A DNA stretch of 64,000 nucleotides from Terriglobia bacterium (lineage in GTDB: Bacteria; Acidobacteriota; Terriglobia; Bryobacterales; Bryobacteraceae). Each line of letters begins with the position of its first letter. Positions within the stretch are counted from its first letter, which is position 1. Positions 19,962 through 29,983 of the stretch are shown here, one piece after another. The translations under genes were made by a program, and so were the position numbers. The notes under the pieces are model-generated. The model saw only the letters and a list, made by a program, of their open reading frames with translations. It was not told the origin of the DNA and ran no database searches. The DNA is taken from contig CAWGKI010000019.1 of NCBI GenBank assembly GCA_963823095.1, forward strand, positions 181,129-245,128, read 5' to 3'.

Positions 19962-20654
19962 ATGGAGTCCTCTTTGAGAATCATGATCGATACAGTGCCA
20001 CTCGCCGCGGTGCTGCTGGCCGCCACCGCGCTTGTGCAGGCGCAAGAGTCCGTTGGGCCTAGCGTCTCGGCGCCGCAGATTTTGTCGAAGGCCGAGCCAC
20101 AATACACTGAGGAAGCGCGCCACGCCCGGGTGAACGCCACCGTAACGGTTAAGCTTGTCGTGGGGCCGGAGGGTAACACACACGATATCCGTGTCATCCG
20201 CGGGGCCGGGTTTGGATTGGATGAGAACGCCATCGAATGCATGAAGACCTGGCGTTTCGCACCCGGTAGGAAAGATGGGAAGGCCGTCGCAGTGTTTGCA
20301 ACCGTCGAAGTGGACTTCCGGCTCATGGTGAAAGAGAACGAAGGCCAGCATGCGAGATTAGCCTTTACTCTGCCCCCCGGAGCCACTCGGCCGGAATTGG
20401 TCAAAGGCAGGATACCGGCAAACCCCGGTTCCTCACACCCAGACCAGCGCTTCCGCATTAGCATGACCGTCGATTCCACGGGAGTACCCGAGAATCTGAC
20501 CGTCGTCGATGCTACCGACCCCAAATGGGCCGATCGGGCATTGCACGAACTCAAGGGCTGGCGATTCGTTCCCGCCAGCGCCAACGGTCAGGCGGTTGCG
20601 GTCGAGGGGGTTTTCGAGTTAGGGGCCGGCAACCTCCGCTACATGTTGCAATGA
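19962..20654 (+). CDS. secreted protein with two TonB C-terminal-like domains (energy transducer TonB family)
   Basis: Signal peptide MESSLRIMIDTVPLAAVLLAATALVQA; two repeats of TonB_C-like pattern (..EPQYTEEARHARVNATVTVKLVVGPEGNTHDIRVIRGAG..; ..NLTVVDATDPKWADRALHELKGWRFVPASANGQAVAVEGVFEL). Confidence 0.6.
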   Translation: MESSLRIMIDTVPLAAVLLAATALVQAQESVGPSVSAPQILSKAEPQYTEEARHARVNATVTVKLVVGPEGNTHDIRVIRGAGFGLDENAIECMKTWRFAPGRKDGKAVAVFATVEVDFRLMVKENEGQHARLAFTLPPGATRPELVKGRIPANPGSSHPDQRFRISMTVDSTGVPENLTVVDATDPKWADRALHELKGWRFVPASANGQAVAVEGVFELGAGNLRYMLQ

Positions 20655-20805
20655 AGCCTCAATCCGTGTGCCACGACCCGGATGGGCCGGGTACGCAGCC
20701 TTCCACGTTCATCAGGCATTTCCGCGATCGAACCGATGCTGTTTGAGCTTCAACCATCCCTCTCTTCTGACAGAATCCTGACAAATCCCTGATCCGATCG
20801 GCACA

Positions 20806-22732
20806 ATGGCGGCGCATACTCGATCCACTGTGCGTCCGCTGACGACCAAGCTGCTCTCGGTCCGCCGGAGCTTGCCGTTGTTCCTGGCAATCGTTGTCTG
20901 CTTGGCGATTTTGCAGGTGTGGCTCACGTGGCGTCTGATGGAACAGGACCGCAACCTCGCCGCGCAGCAGTCGCGCGAGCGCCTGGGGCAGATCGCCGAC
21001 CTCGCTGTCGCTCAACTTGCCAGCATGCTCGGCGAATGGGACCTCAGCCTGCGTCAGTTGGACGCTCTGCCGCCTCCGGCCGCGTTAGCGGCCAAGCTGC
21101 CGCGAAACGGCGCGTTGTTACTGATGGCACATCAATCGGTAACTTCATACCGGGGCAAACCGCTCCTGTACGTGCCTGCGCCTCCTTCGGCTGCTCCGCT
21201 CCCGCGGGCTTTCGATGCCGCCGAGAAGCTGGAGTTCCGCGATCAGAACTACGCTCGGGCACTGGAAGCCTTACGGCCGTTGACCGAGCAGCCTGCAACG
21301 CGTGCGGAGGCCCTACTGCGCATCGCTCGATTGGAGCGCAGGCTGAACCATCCGGGCGAAGCACTGGCAACGTATTATCGATTGTCGCGGGAGACCGCCA
21401 GCAGCCCCGAGGGCGTGCCGTACGCGCTTTTGGCAGCGGGAGCGCGCTGCGAACTGCCGGGGCACGGCAATGCGGTGGAGCAGTTGCGTGCGGCGCTCCT
21501 CGAAGGCCGCTGGCCAATCCACCGCGAGACCTTCGAATACTATTGGGCCGAAGTAAATCACCTCCGGCACACTACTGAAGATCCCCCGAAGGAGTCGATG
21601 GAGTTCTCCGCACTGGTGTCGCGGCTATACGAAGAGTGGCAAAGGGCGGTGCGGTCCGGAGCCAGTTTCAGCGGTCGAGAGGCCGAGCCGGACGCGTCGC
21701 TGCTGATCTGGCACGCGACGCCGTCACGGCTCGCCGCATTGTCCGCACCCCCTGGCTGGCTTGGCGCCGGCCTAAAGCTGCCCGCCAACGCCAGCGACAT
21801 TCGTTGGAAATGGATGGCTCCAGGCTTGTCAGCGTCAGGTTCAACAGCAGGCGCCGAGGCAGATGTGTCGCGTTCTCTGGCCGAGGCACAACTCACGGGC
21901 AAGCTTGAGTTCTCCAGCATCTCCGGCGTCTCATCTCGGGGGCTCAACCGCGCGCGGTGGCTGTCCGGTGTGGGACTGATGCTGGCATTGGTGCTGGCGG
22001 GCGCATACGCCATGTATCGGGGCGTAAGCCGGGAACTGCGCGTGGCAGTGCTCCAATCGGACTTCGTCTCCGCCGTTTCGCACGAGTTCCGCTCGCCGCT
22101 CACCTCGCTCAGGAGTATCACCGAGTTACTCGTGAACAACCGTCTGGCGGACGAGGGCCGCAGGCAGCAGAGTTACGTCTTTTCTGGAACGCGAAACAAG
22201 CCGGCTGCAACACCTGGTGGAAGATCTGCTCGATTTCGGACGCATGGAATCCGGGCGCAAGCAGTACCGCATCGAGCGGCACGACGTGTTTGGCCTGGTG
22301 CGGGGGGTTGTGGCGGATTTTCGCGAAGAGGCGCTGGCCAGCGGCTTCCAAGTGGAAATGAATCTCGATCCAAGCGAGGCGACCATCAAGGCGGATGACG
22401 AAGCGCTGCGGCGCGCGATCCGCAACCTGCTCGAAAACGCTTTGAAGTATTCACCGGAATGCCGCACCGTGTGGGTGGAAGGCCGGGTGAATCATCGCCA
22501 GGTAATGATTTCGGTGCGCGATCGCGGCATGGGCATCGATCCGCAGGAGCAGCGCGAGATATTTCAGAAATTCGTGCGAGGCGCGGCGGCGAAGAAGGCG
22601 GGTATCAAAGGCACGGGCATCGGGCTATCGATGGTACGGCAAATCGTCGATGCATGCGGAGGAGAGATCCGCCTGGAGAGTCAGGCAGGTGTGGGCAGCA
22701 CGTTCACGATCAAGCTACCTTTGGCCGGTTAA
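20806..22732 (+). pseudogene. sensor histidine kinase (two TM helices, roughly 360-aa periplasmic domain, HisKA + HATPase_c); 1-nt insertion in T-run at 22180-22183 splits it into two ORFs
   Basis: H-box VLQSDFVSAVSHEFRSPLTSLRSITELL in 20806-22398 ORF; continuation FLERETSRLQHLVEDLLDFGRMESG.. plus N/G1/G2 boxes (NLLENALKYS, DRGMGID, GTGIGLSMV) in 22217-22732 ORF; removing one T from gtcttttctgg restores ..SYVFLERETSRL.. Confidence 0.75.
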
Positions 22733-22746
22733 CGAGGAAGCGCGGA

Positions 22747-23868
22747 ATGGTCAGAATTCTAGTTGTCGAAGACGAACCCGGTATCGCGTTTGGCATCGAA
22801 AATGACCTTCAGGCGGAAGGTTACGACGTTACTGTTGCGAGCGACGGCAACGAAGCGGTTCGCCGCGCCCGCGCAGAGACCTTTGACCTGATTCTGCTTG
22901 ACGTAATGCTGCCGCATAAGGATGGCTTCGAGGTATGCCGCGACCTGCGCAGCGGTGGCCTGACCACGCCGATCGTGATGCTGACGGCGAAGACCGGCGA
23001 GTTCGACAAAGTAATGGGGCTCGATCTCGGAGCGGACGACTATGTCACTAAGCCGTTTAGCGCGCGCGAACTGCGAGCCCGGATTCGGGCGGCATTGCGT
23101 CACCAACCAGCCGGAGATTCCGCGGGCCCGGATATGCAGCGGCAACTCCGGGTGGCCTCGGATGTTCAGCACCGCTTATTCCCCCAGCTTCGTCCAGTCG
23201 TGGCGACTCTCGACTACGCGGGCTTCTGCCAGCCCGCGCTCGGAATGAGCGGCGACTACTACGATTTCCTGGACCTCTCGCCCGGCAAGCTCGGCTTGCT
23301 CGTGGCCGATGTAGTAGGCAAGGGCGTTCCTGCCGCTCTGCTGATGGCGTCCGTCCACAGCGCGATGCGCACGCTGGCGCCGCAGTTCGGAGAGCGTTGC
23401 GGCGAGCTGCTGGCCCAGCTCAACACGGTGCTCTATGAAGCGACGGCTGCCGATATGTACGCCACTATGTTCTATGCGGTCTACGACGACGCGTCGCGTG
23501 TGCTGACCTATTCGAACGCGGGGCATGAACCGCCGTTGTTGTTTCGCGCGACGGCGGCTGATGCCCGGCATATGCGATTGGATTCGGGCACAACTCCGGT
23601 GGGCCTGCTGCCTCAGTTGCCCACCGTACAGACGAGTGTCCAACTCGTTCCGGGAGACTGGCTGATTGTCTTTACCGACGGGATCACCGAAGCGCTAAAC
23701 GAAAGCGGACAAGAATTCGGTGCGGCCGGCTTAATCGCAGCGGTGGACGCCGCCTCCGCCCGGAACGCGGAGCAAATGCGCGACGCAATCGTCGGCGAAC
23801 TCCGCGGCTACAGCGGATCCATCCCGCAATCGGACGACATTACGCTCATCACTGCGCGCGTTCAATAG
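22747..23868 (+). CDS. response regulator with PP2C-type (SpoIIE/RsbU-like) serine phosphatase output domain
   Basis: REC domain (MVRILVVEDEP..DLILLDVMLP..TPIVMLTA..GADDYVTKPF) fused to PP2C/SpoIIE domain (..GMSGDYYDFLDL..LLVADVVGKGVPAALLMA..FTDGITEA..). Confidence 0.85.
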   Translation: MVRILVVEDEPGIAFGIENDLQAEGYDVTVASDGNEAVRRARAETFDLILLDVMLPHKDGFEVCRDLRSGGLTTPIVMLTAKTGEFDKVMGLDLGADDYVTKPFSARELRARIRAALRHQPAGDSAGPDMQRQLRVASDVQHRLFPQLRPVVATLDYAGFCQPALGMSGDYYDFLDLSPGKLGLLVADVVGKGVPAALLMASVHSAMRTLAPQFGERCGELLAQLNTVLYEATAADMYATMFYAVYDDASRVLTYSNAGHEPPLLFRATAADARHMRLDSGTTPVGLLPQLPTVQTSVQLVPGDWLIVFTDGITEALNESGQEFGAAGLIAAVDAASARNAEQMRDAIVGELRGYSGSIPQSDDITLITARVQ

Positions 23869-23870
23869 CT

Positions 23871-24563
23871 ATGGAAAGCGAACGTATGGCCAAGATTCTA
23901 GTTGTCGAAGACGAACCCGCCATCGCCTTCGCCCTGGAAAACGATCTTCATACGGAGGGTTACGAGATAACGCTAGTGGGCGACGGAGTGGAAGCCGTAA
24001 AGCGTGCCCGCGCGGAGTCCTTCGACCTGATCCTGCTGGACGTCATGCTGCCCAATAAGGACGGCTTCGAGGTCTGCCGCGAGCTGAGGCACGGCGGTCT
24101 GAGCACGCCCATCATCATGTTGACCGCAAGGATGCAGGAAGCGGAAAAGATTCTGGGGCTGGACGTGGGCGCCGACGATTATGTGACCAAGCCGTTCAGC
24201 CCGCGCGAGCTGCGCGCGCGCATCCGGGCCATGCTTCGGCGAAACGTGGTTGAGACGGGCGGCGAGGTACATCGCTTTGGCCGTTGCGAGTTGGACCTGG
24301 CGCGTTTCGAACTGCGGCGGGAGGGCCGCAAACTGGAGGCCACACACACTGAACTGAAACTCCTGACCGCTTTCATCCGCAACCGGGGACGCGTGCTCAC
24401 GCGCGAGGCCCTCCTCGAAAACGTCTGGGGTTCCGGCGTCTTCGTGACCGACCGTGTGGTGGACAACCACATTGTGGCGCTGCGGAAAAAGATAGAGGAC
24501 GATCCCTCCGCGCCCCGGTACCTGATCAGCATCCGCGGTATGGGCTATCGATTTGATGGGTAG
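23871..24563 (+). CDS. OmpR/PhoB-family response regulator (REC + winged-helix DNA-binding domain)
   Basis: REC (ILVVEDEP..DLILLDVMLP..TPIIMLTAR..GADDYVTKPF) plus trans_reg_C (..LTRTEFKLL-like ELKLLTAFIRNRGRVLTREALLENVWG..VDNHIVALRKKIE..YLISIRGMGYRF); its REC is about 75% identical to REC of preceding gene. Confidence 0.9.
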   Translation: MESERMAKILVVEDEPAIAFALENDLHTEGYEITLVGDGVEAVKRARAESFDLILLDVMLPNKDGFEVCRELRHGGLSTPIIMLTARMQEAEKILGLDVGADDYVTKPFSPRELRARIRAMLRRNVVETGGEVHRFGRCELDLARFELRREGRKLEATHTELKLLTAFIRNRGRVLTREALLENVWGSGVFVTDRVVDNHIVALRKKIEDDPSAPRYLISIRGMGYRFDG

Positions 24564-24674
24564 GTCCCCACGTGTCAGGAAATTCAGACCGAGTTCGTGC
24601 AAGATCCTGACTGAATCCCGATAACCCGCAAACATTGCCGCCGCATTCTGAAATCGCACTCCGGGAGGTGCGGC

Positions 24675-26783
24675 ATGAAACTCGAAAGACTCGAAAACCT
24701 GGCGCTGGCCTTGACGGCAGTCTTTTCCTTAATCCTCTGCGGAGCTGCCGTCGTCAGTATGATCGTGCTCGCTAGCCTGATTCTGGAGTTCGCCGCAGTG
24801 CCGCTGCATGCGCAAACGAGCCCCGCGGTCGAGCTTCAGGCGGCGATGACCAAAGAACAAGTGGATGGCGACCTCAAGACCGCAATCGCCGCCTATCAGA
24901 AGATCGCGGCGGACAAGTCTGCTCCCCGCGACGTACGCTCCAAGGCGCTGCTCCACCTGGCCGGTTGCTACGAAAAGCTCGGGCAGCGGGCCCAGAGCGT
25001 GTACCAGCAGATTGTGCGTGATTTTGCGGACCAGCCCGCCGCCGCGCAGGCGCGGGCGCGGCTCGCGGCGTTGAAGCAGGATGACCGTTCCGCCGCGCCC
25101 ACGGCGATGACGCAGCGCAAAATCCAGCCATTAGGCACTTGCCCGCCCCCGAATACCATCTGCATGGACCCCATCGACACCGACGGTCAACGAATGGTGT
25201 ACTTCAATTACTCAGCCGGGGAAGTGGTTTACGGTAACGCTGCCCAAAACAGCAAGCGTGTCTTCTTCAAGTTCAAACCAGGTGCAGGGAGTAGTCTCTA
25301 TCCGTCGAGGGACTTCTCGAAGGCTCTCATTGAAGTCAACAGCCAAACTGGCGAATTAGCCGGAGGCCAATTAGCCGTCGTTAACACGGATGGGACCGGT
25401 TATCGCGAACTCGGCAAGTTCGCCAGCCTCCAGCACGGAGCTGAGAGCTGGTCTTGGGATAATCGGTCCGTCCTGGTCCCGTGTCAAACTCCAGGGGGTA
25501 AGGGCCGCCTGCTGAGTGTCTCGCTCGCCGATGGCCAAATCCGCGAGTTGGTCAGTCTCGAAACAGGAACGGTAGCCCGTGCCGTGTTCTCTCCAGACGG
25601 CCGCTTCGTGGCCTACGAAGTCCCCGCGCCCTCGGTGGAGGATCCGGAGTCGAGGATGTTCGTGGTGCCTGCCCAGGGGGGACAACCGCAATTAGTCTAC
25701 CAGCAGCGGCTGACATGGTTCTCTCCTTGGGAACGACCGGTCAAACTCCTGGATTGGACGGCTGACGGACGCTTTCTCGCCATTGCCAGCGATCGCACAG
25801 GCAAAGGCGCGCTTCACCTTCTGCCAATGAAAGACGGCAAATCTGCTGGCGCCCCAGTCTTTGTCAAGTATGGAGATTTCGAAGAGGGCGTCACGACTGC
25901 CGCCGGGGGATTGGTTTACCGTTCTATCAAACCTGGTGGCCTATTTTCGGTCTATCTGGCATCGCTCGATGCGGCTGGTCGCCCAGGCGATTGGAAACGC
26001 CTGGATCTTCCCCTTGGCAATACCCTCTTTCCGGAGACTAATTGGTCTATTGACAGCAATGAAATCGTCTACTCTGCGATGAACGAAGACTCGGGACAAT
26101 CTGGTGGCCAGGTGGTCCATCTGCGTAACCTCTCCACGGGAGCGGATCGCGAGATCTATCACGCGCTCGGTTACTCCACTTGCGCATGGGCGTTTCAGCA
26201 ACCGAAGCTTTTCTGCGGCGACTACACGGCCGCAAAGTCGGACATCTTTTCGATTGCGGTGGACTCAGGGGAAATTACCCGGCTCCACACCTTTCAAAGG
26301 CCGGCGATCGGGATGCCCTACCCCAGCCAAGACGATCGGGCGCTTTACCTTACTCGCATACTCGGGGACGGCAAGTGGGAACTCCTGCGATGGGAAATCG
26401 CGACCGGGCGGGAGACGATACTCGAGAAGTTCATCCCCACCGAGACCTTTGTGCTGTTATCGGCGGACACGCGCTGGCTCATCCGCGCGAACAGCGCCAA
26501 TAAAAGCCTCGATATACGCCTCGCGGCAGGCGGCGATTGGAAATCGCTCGTTTCCTTCAGCGAATTCTGGGGGGTGACGCTGCTCGTCAACGACACGCCT
26601 GACGGCAAGTGGCTGCTGTACCATGGCGTCGATTCCACTGGAAAACACAGCCTGTTTCGCATCGCGACTGCGGGCGGTACGCCGGAGCGGCTGGGCGACT
26701 TCTCAACATCGGAGGCTTTGGAACCATGGTGGTCAGCCCCGATGGGAGCAAGATTCTCGTCGTCTCGCGGGCACGTTTTCTAA
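24675..26783 (+). CDS. membrane-anchored/secreted TPR-like + TolB-like (PD40) beta-propeller protein, copy 1 (C-terminal 35 codons disrupted by indels)
   Basis: Hydrophobic N-terminus, TPR-like helical segment (..LKTAIAAYQKIAADKSAPRDVRSKALLHLAGCYEKLGQ..), then PD40-type repeats (FSPDGRFVAYE, WTADGRFLAIASDRTGKGALHLLPMKDGKS); the last 100 nt differ from copy 2 by a -1 and a +2 indel. Confidence 0.7.
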   Translation: MKLERLENLALALTAVFSLILCGAAVVSMIVLASLILEFAAVPLHAQTSPAVELQAAMTKEQVDGDLKTAIAAYQKIAADKSAPRDVRSKALLHLAGCYEKLGQRAQSVYQQIVRDFADQPAAAQARARLAALKQDDRSAAPTAMTQRKIQPLGTCPPPNTICMDPIDTDGQRMVYFNYSAGEVVYGNAAQNSKRVFFKFKPGAGSSLYPSRDFSKALIEVNSQTGELAGGQLAVVNTDGTGYRELGKFASLQHGAESWSWDNRSVLVPCQTPGGKGRLLSVSLADGQIRELVSLETGTVARAVFSPDGRFVAYEVPAPSVEDPESRMFVVPAQGGQPQLVYQQRLTWFSPWERPVKLLDWTADGRFLAIASDRTGKGALHLLPMKDGKSAGAPVFVKYGDFEEGVTTAAGGLVYRSIKPGGLFSVYLASLDAAGRPGDWKRLDLPLGNTLFPETNWSIDSNEIVYSAMNEDSGQSGGQVVHLRNLSTGADREIYHALGYSTCAWAFQQPKLFCGDYTAAKSDIFSIAVDSGEITRLHTFQRPAIGMPYPSQDDRALYLTRILGDGKWELLRWEIATGRETILEKFIPTETFVLLSADTRWLIRANSANKSLDIRLAAGGDWKSLVSFSEFWGVTLLVNDTPDGKWLLYHGVDSTGKHSLFRIATAGGTPERLGDFSTSEALEPWWSAPMGARFSSSRGHVF

Positions 26784-27050
26784 TGACTACGAACTGTGGT
26801 CTCTCGAAAACTTCGTTCCTCCGGCGCCGAAACCGTGAGGAGTTGCGATTCGAATGTTGGGCAGAAGAGAGAAGATGATTCCTCCGCAGCCCGGTACCTG
26901 ATCAGCATCCGTGGTATGGGATATCGATTTGATGGGTAAGATCTCGCGTGTCAGGAAATCCAGACCGAGTTCATGCAAGGTCCTGACCGAATCCCGATAC
27001 TCCGCGAACATTGCAGCGGCATTCTGAAATCGCACTCTGGGAGGTGCGGC

Positions 27051-29207
27051 ATGAAACTCGAGAGACTCGAAAACCTGGCGTTGGCCTTGACGGCAGTCTT
27101 CTCCTTGCTGCTCTGCGCAACTGCAGTCTTGAGTATTGGCATACTGATTGGCCTGTTGTCCCAGTTCGCGGTCATGCCGCTGCATGCGCAAACCAGCCCC
27201 GCGGTCGAGCTTCAGGCGGCGATGACCAAAGAACAAGTGGATGGCGACCTCAAGACCGCCATCGCCGCCTATCAGAAGATCGCGGCGGACAAGGCTGCTC
27301 CCCGCGACGTGCGCTCGAAGGCTCTGCTCCATCTCGCCGGGTGCTACGAGAAGCTCGGACAGCAGGCACAGAGCGTGTACCAGCAGATTGTGCGTGATTT
27401 TGCGGACCAGCCCGCCGCCACGCAGGCGCGGGCGCGGCTCGCGGCGTTGAAGCAGGGTGACCGTTCCGCCGCGCCCACGGCGATGACGCAGCGCAAGATC
27501 CAGCCGTTAGGCACTTGCCCGGACCCGGAGGCTACCAATTGCGCGGGCCCGGGGGACACCGACGGTCACCGCATGGTGTACGCGAATTTCGCAGCCGGAG
27601 AAGTGGTTTATGGGGATCTTGCGCAACACAGCGAGGTTGTCCTTTTTAGGTTTAAACCCGGAGGCTTGGGTTGGTTCATTCCATCGAGAGATTTCTCGAA
27701 GGTCCTACTCGGAGTCCCCGGTGCGTCCGGCGGTCAACTAGCCGTCGTTAACACAGATGGGACGGGTTATCGCGAAATAGGCAAACTCGAGGTCCAACTG
27801 CGAGGTGTGAAGTGGTCTTGGGATAATCGCTACGTCCTGATCTGGGGCCAGTCTCCAGGGGGGAAGGGTCGCCTGCTGAGTGCCTCGCTCGCCGATGGCC
27901 AAACCCGGGAGTTGGTCACTCTCGAAACAGGAACAGTGGCGAGTGCAGCGTTTTCTCCGGACGGCCGTTTCGTGGCCTACGAGGTCCCCTCGCCCTCGGT
28001 GACCGACCCGGAATCCAGGATGTTCGTGGTGCCTGCTCAGGGGGGTCCGCCGTTGCTGGTCTACCAGCAACGACTGAGATGGGTTTCGCCTTGGCAACGG
28101 CCCGTCAGACTCCTGGATTGGACGGCCGACGGACGCTATCTCGCCATCGCCAGTGATCGCACAGGCAAGGGCGCGCTTCACCTCCTGCCCATGAAAGACG
28201 GCAAATCTGGCGGCGACCCAGTCTTTGTCAAGTACGGAGATTTCGAAGAGGGCGTCACGACAGCCTCAGGGGGAATGGTTTACACTTCGGTGAAACCTGG
28301 CGGCCTTTGGTCGGTCTATCTCACGTCGCTCGATGCGGATAGTCGGCCGGGCGATTGGAAACGCCTGGATCTTCCCCTCGGCAACACCTACAATCCGTGG
28401 CCTCAATGGTCTGTTGACAGCAGAGAAATCGTCTACTCTGCGATGAACGAAGATTCTGGACAATCCGGTGGCGAGGTGGTGCATCTGCGCAGCCTTTCTA
28501 CTGGAGCGGATCGCGAGATCTATCACGCGCTCGGTTACTCCACTTGCGCATGGGCGTTTCAGCAGCCAAAGCTTTTCTGCAGCGACTACACGGCTGAAAG
28601 GTCGGACATCTTTTCGATTGCGTCCGACTCCGGAGAAATCGCCCGGCTTCACACCTTTGAAACGCCCGCGGTCGCGTTGCCCTACCCCAGCCAAGATGAC
28701 CGGGCGCTTTACATGACTCGCATACTTGGGGACGGCGCGTGGGAACTCCTGCGATGGGAAATCGCGACCGGGCGGCAGACGATCCTCGAGAAGTTCATCC
28801 CGACCAAGGCCCAGGTTCTAATTTCGCCGGACGAGCGCTGGCTCATGCGGGTGAACATAACCAAGAATAGCTTCGACATACGCCCCGTGGCAGGCGGCGA
28901 CTGGAAATCTCTAGTTTCGTTCAGCGGCAGTAACGCTTGGAGGGGATCTGGGCACGTCAACGACACGCCCGACGGCAAGTGGCTGCTGTACCATGACGTC
29001 GATTCCACCGGAAAACACAGCCTGTTTCGCATAGCGGCCGCGGGCGGTTCGCCGGAGCGTCTGGGCGATTTCCCAACAAAGGAGAGGTCCGGCACCTTGG
29101 TGGTCAGCCCCGATGGGAGCAAGATCCTCGTCTCCGCGGGCGAGCCTTTTGATGGCTACGAACTGTGGTCTCTCGAAAACTTCGTTCCTCCGGCGCCGAA
29201 ACCGTGA
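27051..29207 (+). CDS. TPR-like + TolB-like beta-propeller protein, copy 2 (apparently intact, ends ..YELWSLENFVPPAPKP)
   Basis: ATG 27051 with GGGAGG RBS (27039-27044); about 90% aa identity to copy 1. Confidence 0.75.
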   Translation: MKLERLENLALALTAVFSLLLCATAVLSIGILIGLLSQFAVMPLHAQTSPAVELQAAMTKEQVDGDLKTAIAAYQKIAADKAAPRDVRSKALLHLAGCYEKLGQQAQSVYQQIVRDFADQPAATQARARLAALKQGDRSAAPTAMTQRKIQPLGTCPDPEATNCAGPGDTDGHRMVYANFAAGEVVYGDLAQHSEVVLFRFKPGGLGWFIPSRDFSKVLLGVPGASGGQLAVVNTDGTGYREIGKLEVQLRGVKWSWDNRYVLIWGQSPGGKGRLLSASLADGQTRELVTLETGTVASAAFSPDGRFVAYEVPSPSVTDPESRMFVVPAQGGPPLLVYQQRLRWVSPWQRPVRLLDWTADGRYLAIASDRTGKGALHLLPMKDGKSGGDPVFVKYGDFEEGVTTASGGMVYTSVKPGGLWSVYLTSLDADSRPGDWKRLDLPLGNTYNPWPQWSVDSREIVYSAMNEDSGQSGGEVVHLRSLSTGADREIYHALGYSTCAWAFQQPKLFCSDYTAERSDIFSIASDSGEIARLHTFETPAVALPYPSQDDRALYMTRILGDGAWELLRWEIATGRQTILEKFIPTKAQVLISPDERWLMRVNITKNSFDIRPVAGGDWKSLVSFSGSNAWRGSGHVNDTPDGKWLLYHDVDSTGKHSLFRIAAAGGSPERLGDFPTKERSGTLVVSPDGSKILVSAGEPFDGYELWSLENFVPPAPKP

Positions 29208-29419
29208 GGAGTTGCGATTCGAATGTTGGGCAGAAGAGAGAAGATGATTCCTCCGCAGCCCGGTACCAGACCAGCATTCGCGGTATGGGATATCGGTTTG
29301 ATGTGTAGGATCTCGCGTGCCAGGAAATCCAGACCAAGTTCACGCAAGGTCCTGACCGAATCCCGATATCCCGCAAACATTCCCGCCACATTCTGAAATC
29401 GCACTCTGGGAGGTGCGGC

Positions 29420-29983
29420 ATGAAACTCGAAAGAATCGAAAACCTGGCACTGGCCCTGACTGCAGTCTTTTCGATACTGCTCTGGGGAGCTGCCGTCGTC
29501 AGCATGGTCCTGTTGGCGGGCCTGATTTTGGAGTTCTCCGCAGTGCCGCTGCATGCGCAAACGAGTCCAGCGGTGGAGCTTCAGGCGGCGATGACCAAAG
29601 AACAAGTGGATGGCGACCTCAAGACCGCAATCGCCGCCTATCAGAGAATTGCGGCGGATAAGTCCGCTCCCCGCGACGTGCGCTCCAAGGCGCTGCTCCA
29701 TCTCGCGGGGTGCTACGAAAAGCTCGGGCAGCAGGCGCAGAGCGTGTACCAGCAAATCGTGCGTGATTTCGCGGACCAGCCCGCCGCCACGCAGGCCCGG
29801 GCACGGCTGGCGGCGTTGAAGCAGGATGACCGTCCCGGTGCGCCCACGGCGATGACGCAGCGCAAGATCCAGCCGTTAGGCAACCGCGTGGGCCCGCGCC
29901 CGGCGGACACCGACCGTCACCGATTAGGAGAGTACACATGCGAAAGACAATATCTATTACACTCGCGTTGCTCATGGCGTTGA
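29420..29983 (+). CDS. truncated third copy of TPR-like gene (N-terminal 150 aa only, then unrelated tail)
   Basis: Identical architecture through ..TAMTQRKIQPLG, then a deletion and divergence; likely gene remnant. Confidence 0.45.
   Translation: MKLERIENLALALTAVFSILLWGAAVVSMVLLAGLILEFSAVPLHAQTSPAVELQAAMTKEQVDGDLKTAIAAYQRIAADKSAPRDVRSKALLHLAGCYEKLGQQAQSVYQQIVRDFADQPAATQARARLAALKQDDRPGAPTAMTQRKIQPLGNRVGPRPADTDRHRLGEYTCERQYLLHSRCSWR

Larger units (their letters stand above)
24497..29930. repeat. tandem triplication of a roughly 2.37-kb unit (units about 24497-26867, 26868-29244, truncated 29245-29930), copies about 88 to 92% identical
   Basis: Each unit = last about 65 nt of the OmpR regulator gene (..YLISIRGMGYRFDG*) + 110-nt intergenic + TPR/beta-propeller gene; junction gagttgcgattcgaatgttgggcagaagagagaagatgattcctccgc repeated at 26830 and 29208. 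Confidence 0.75.
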
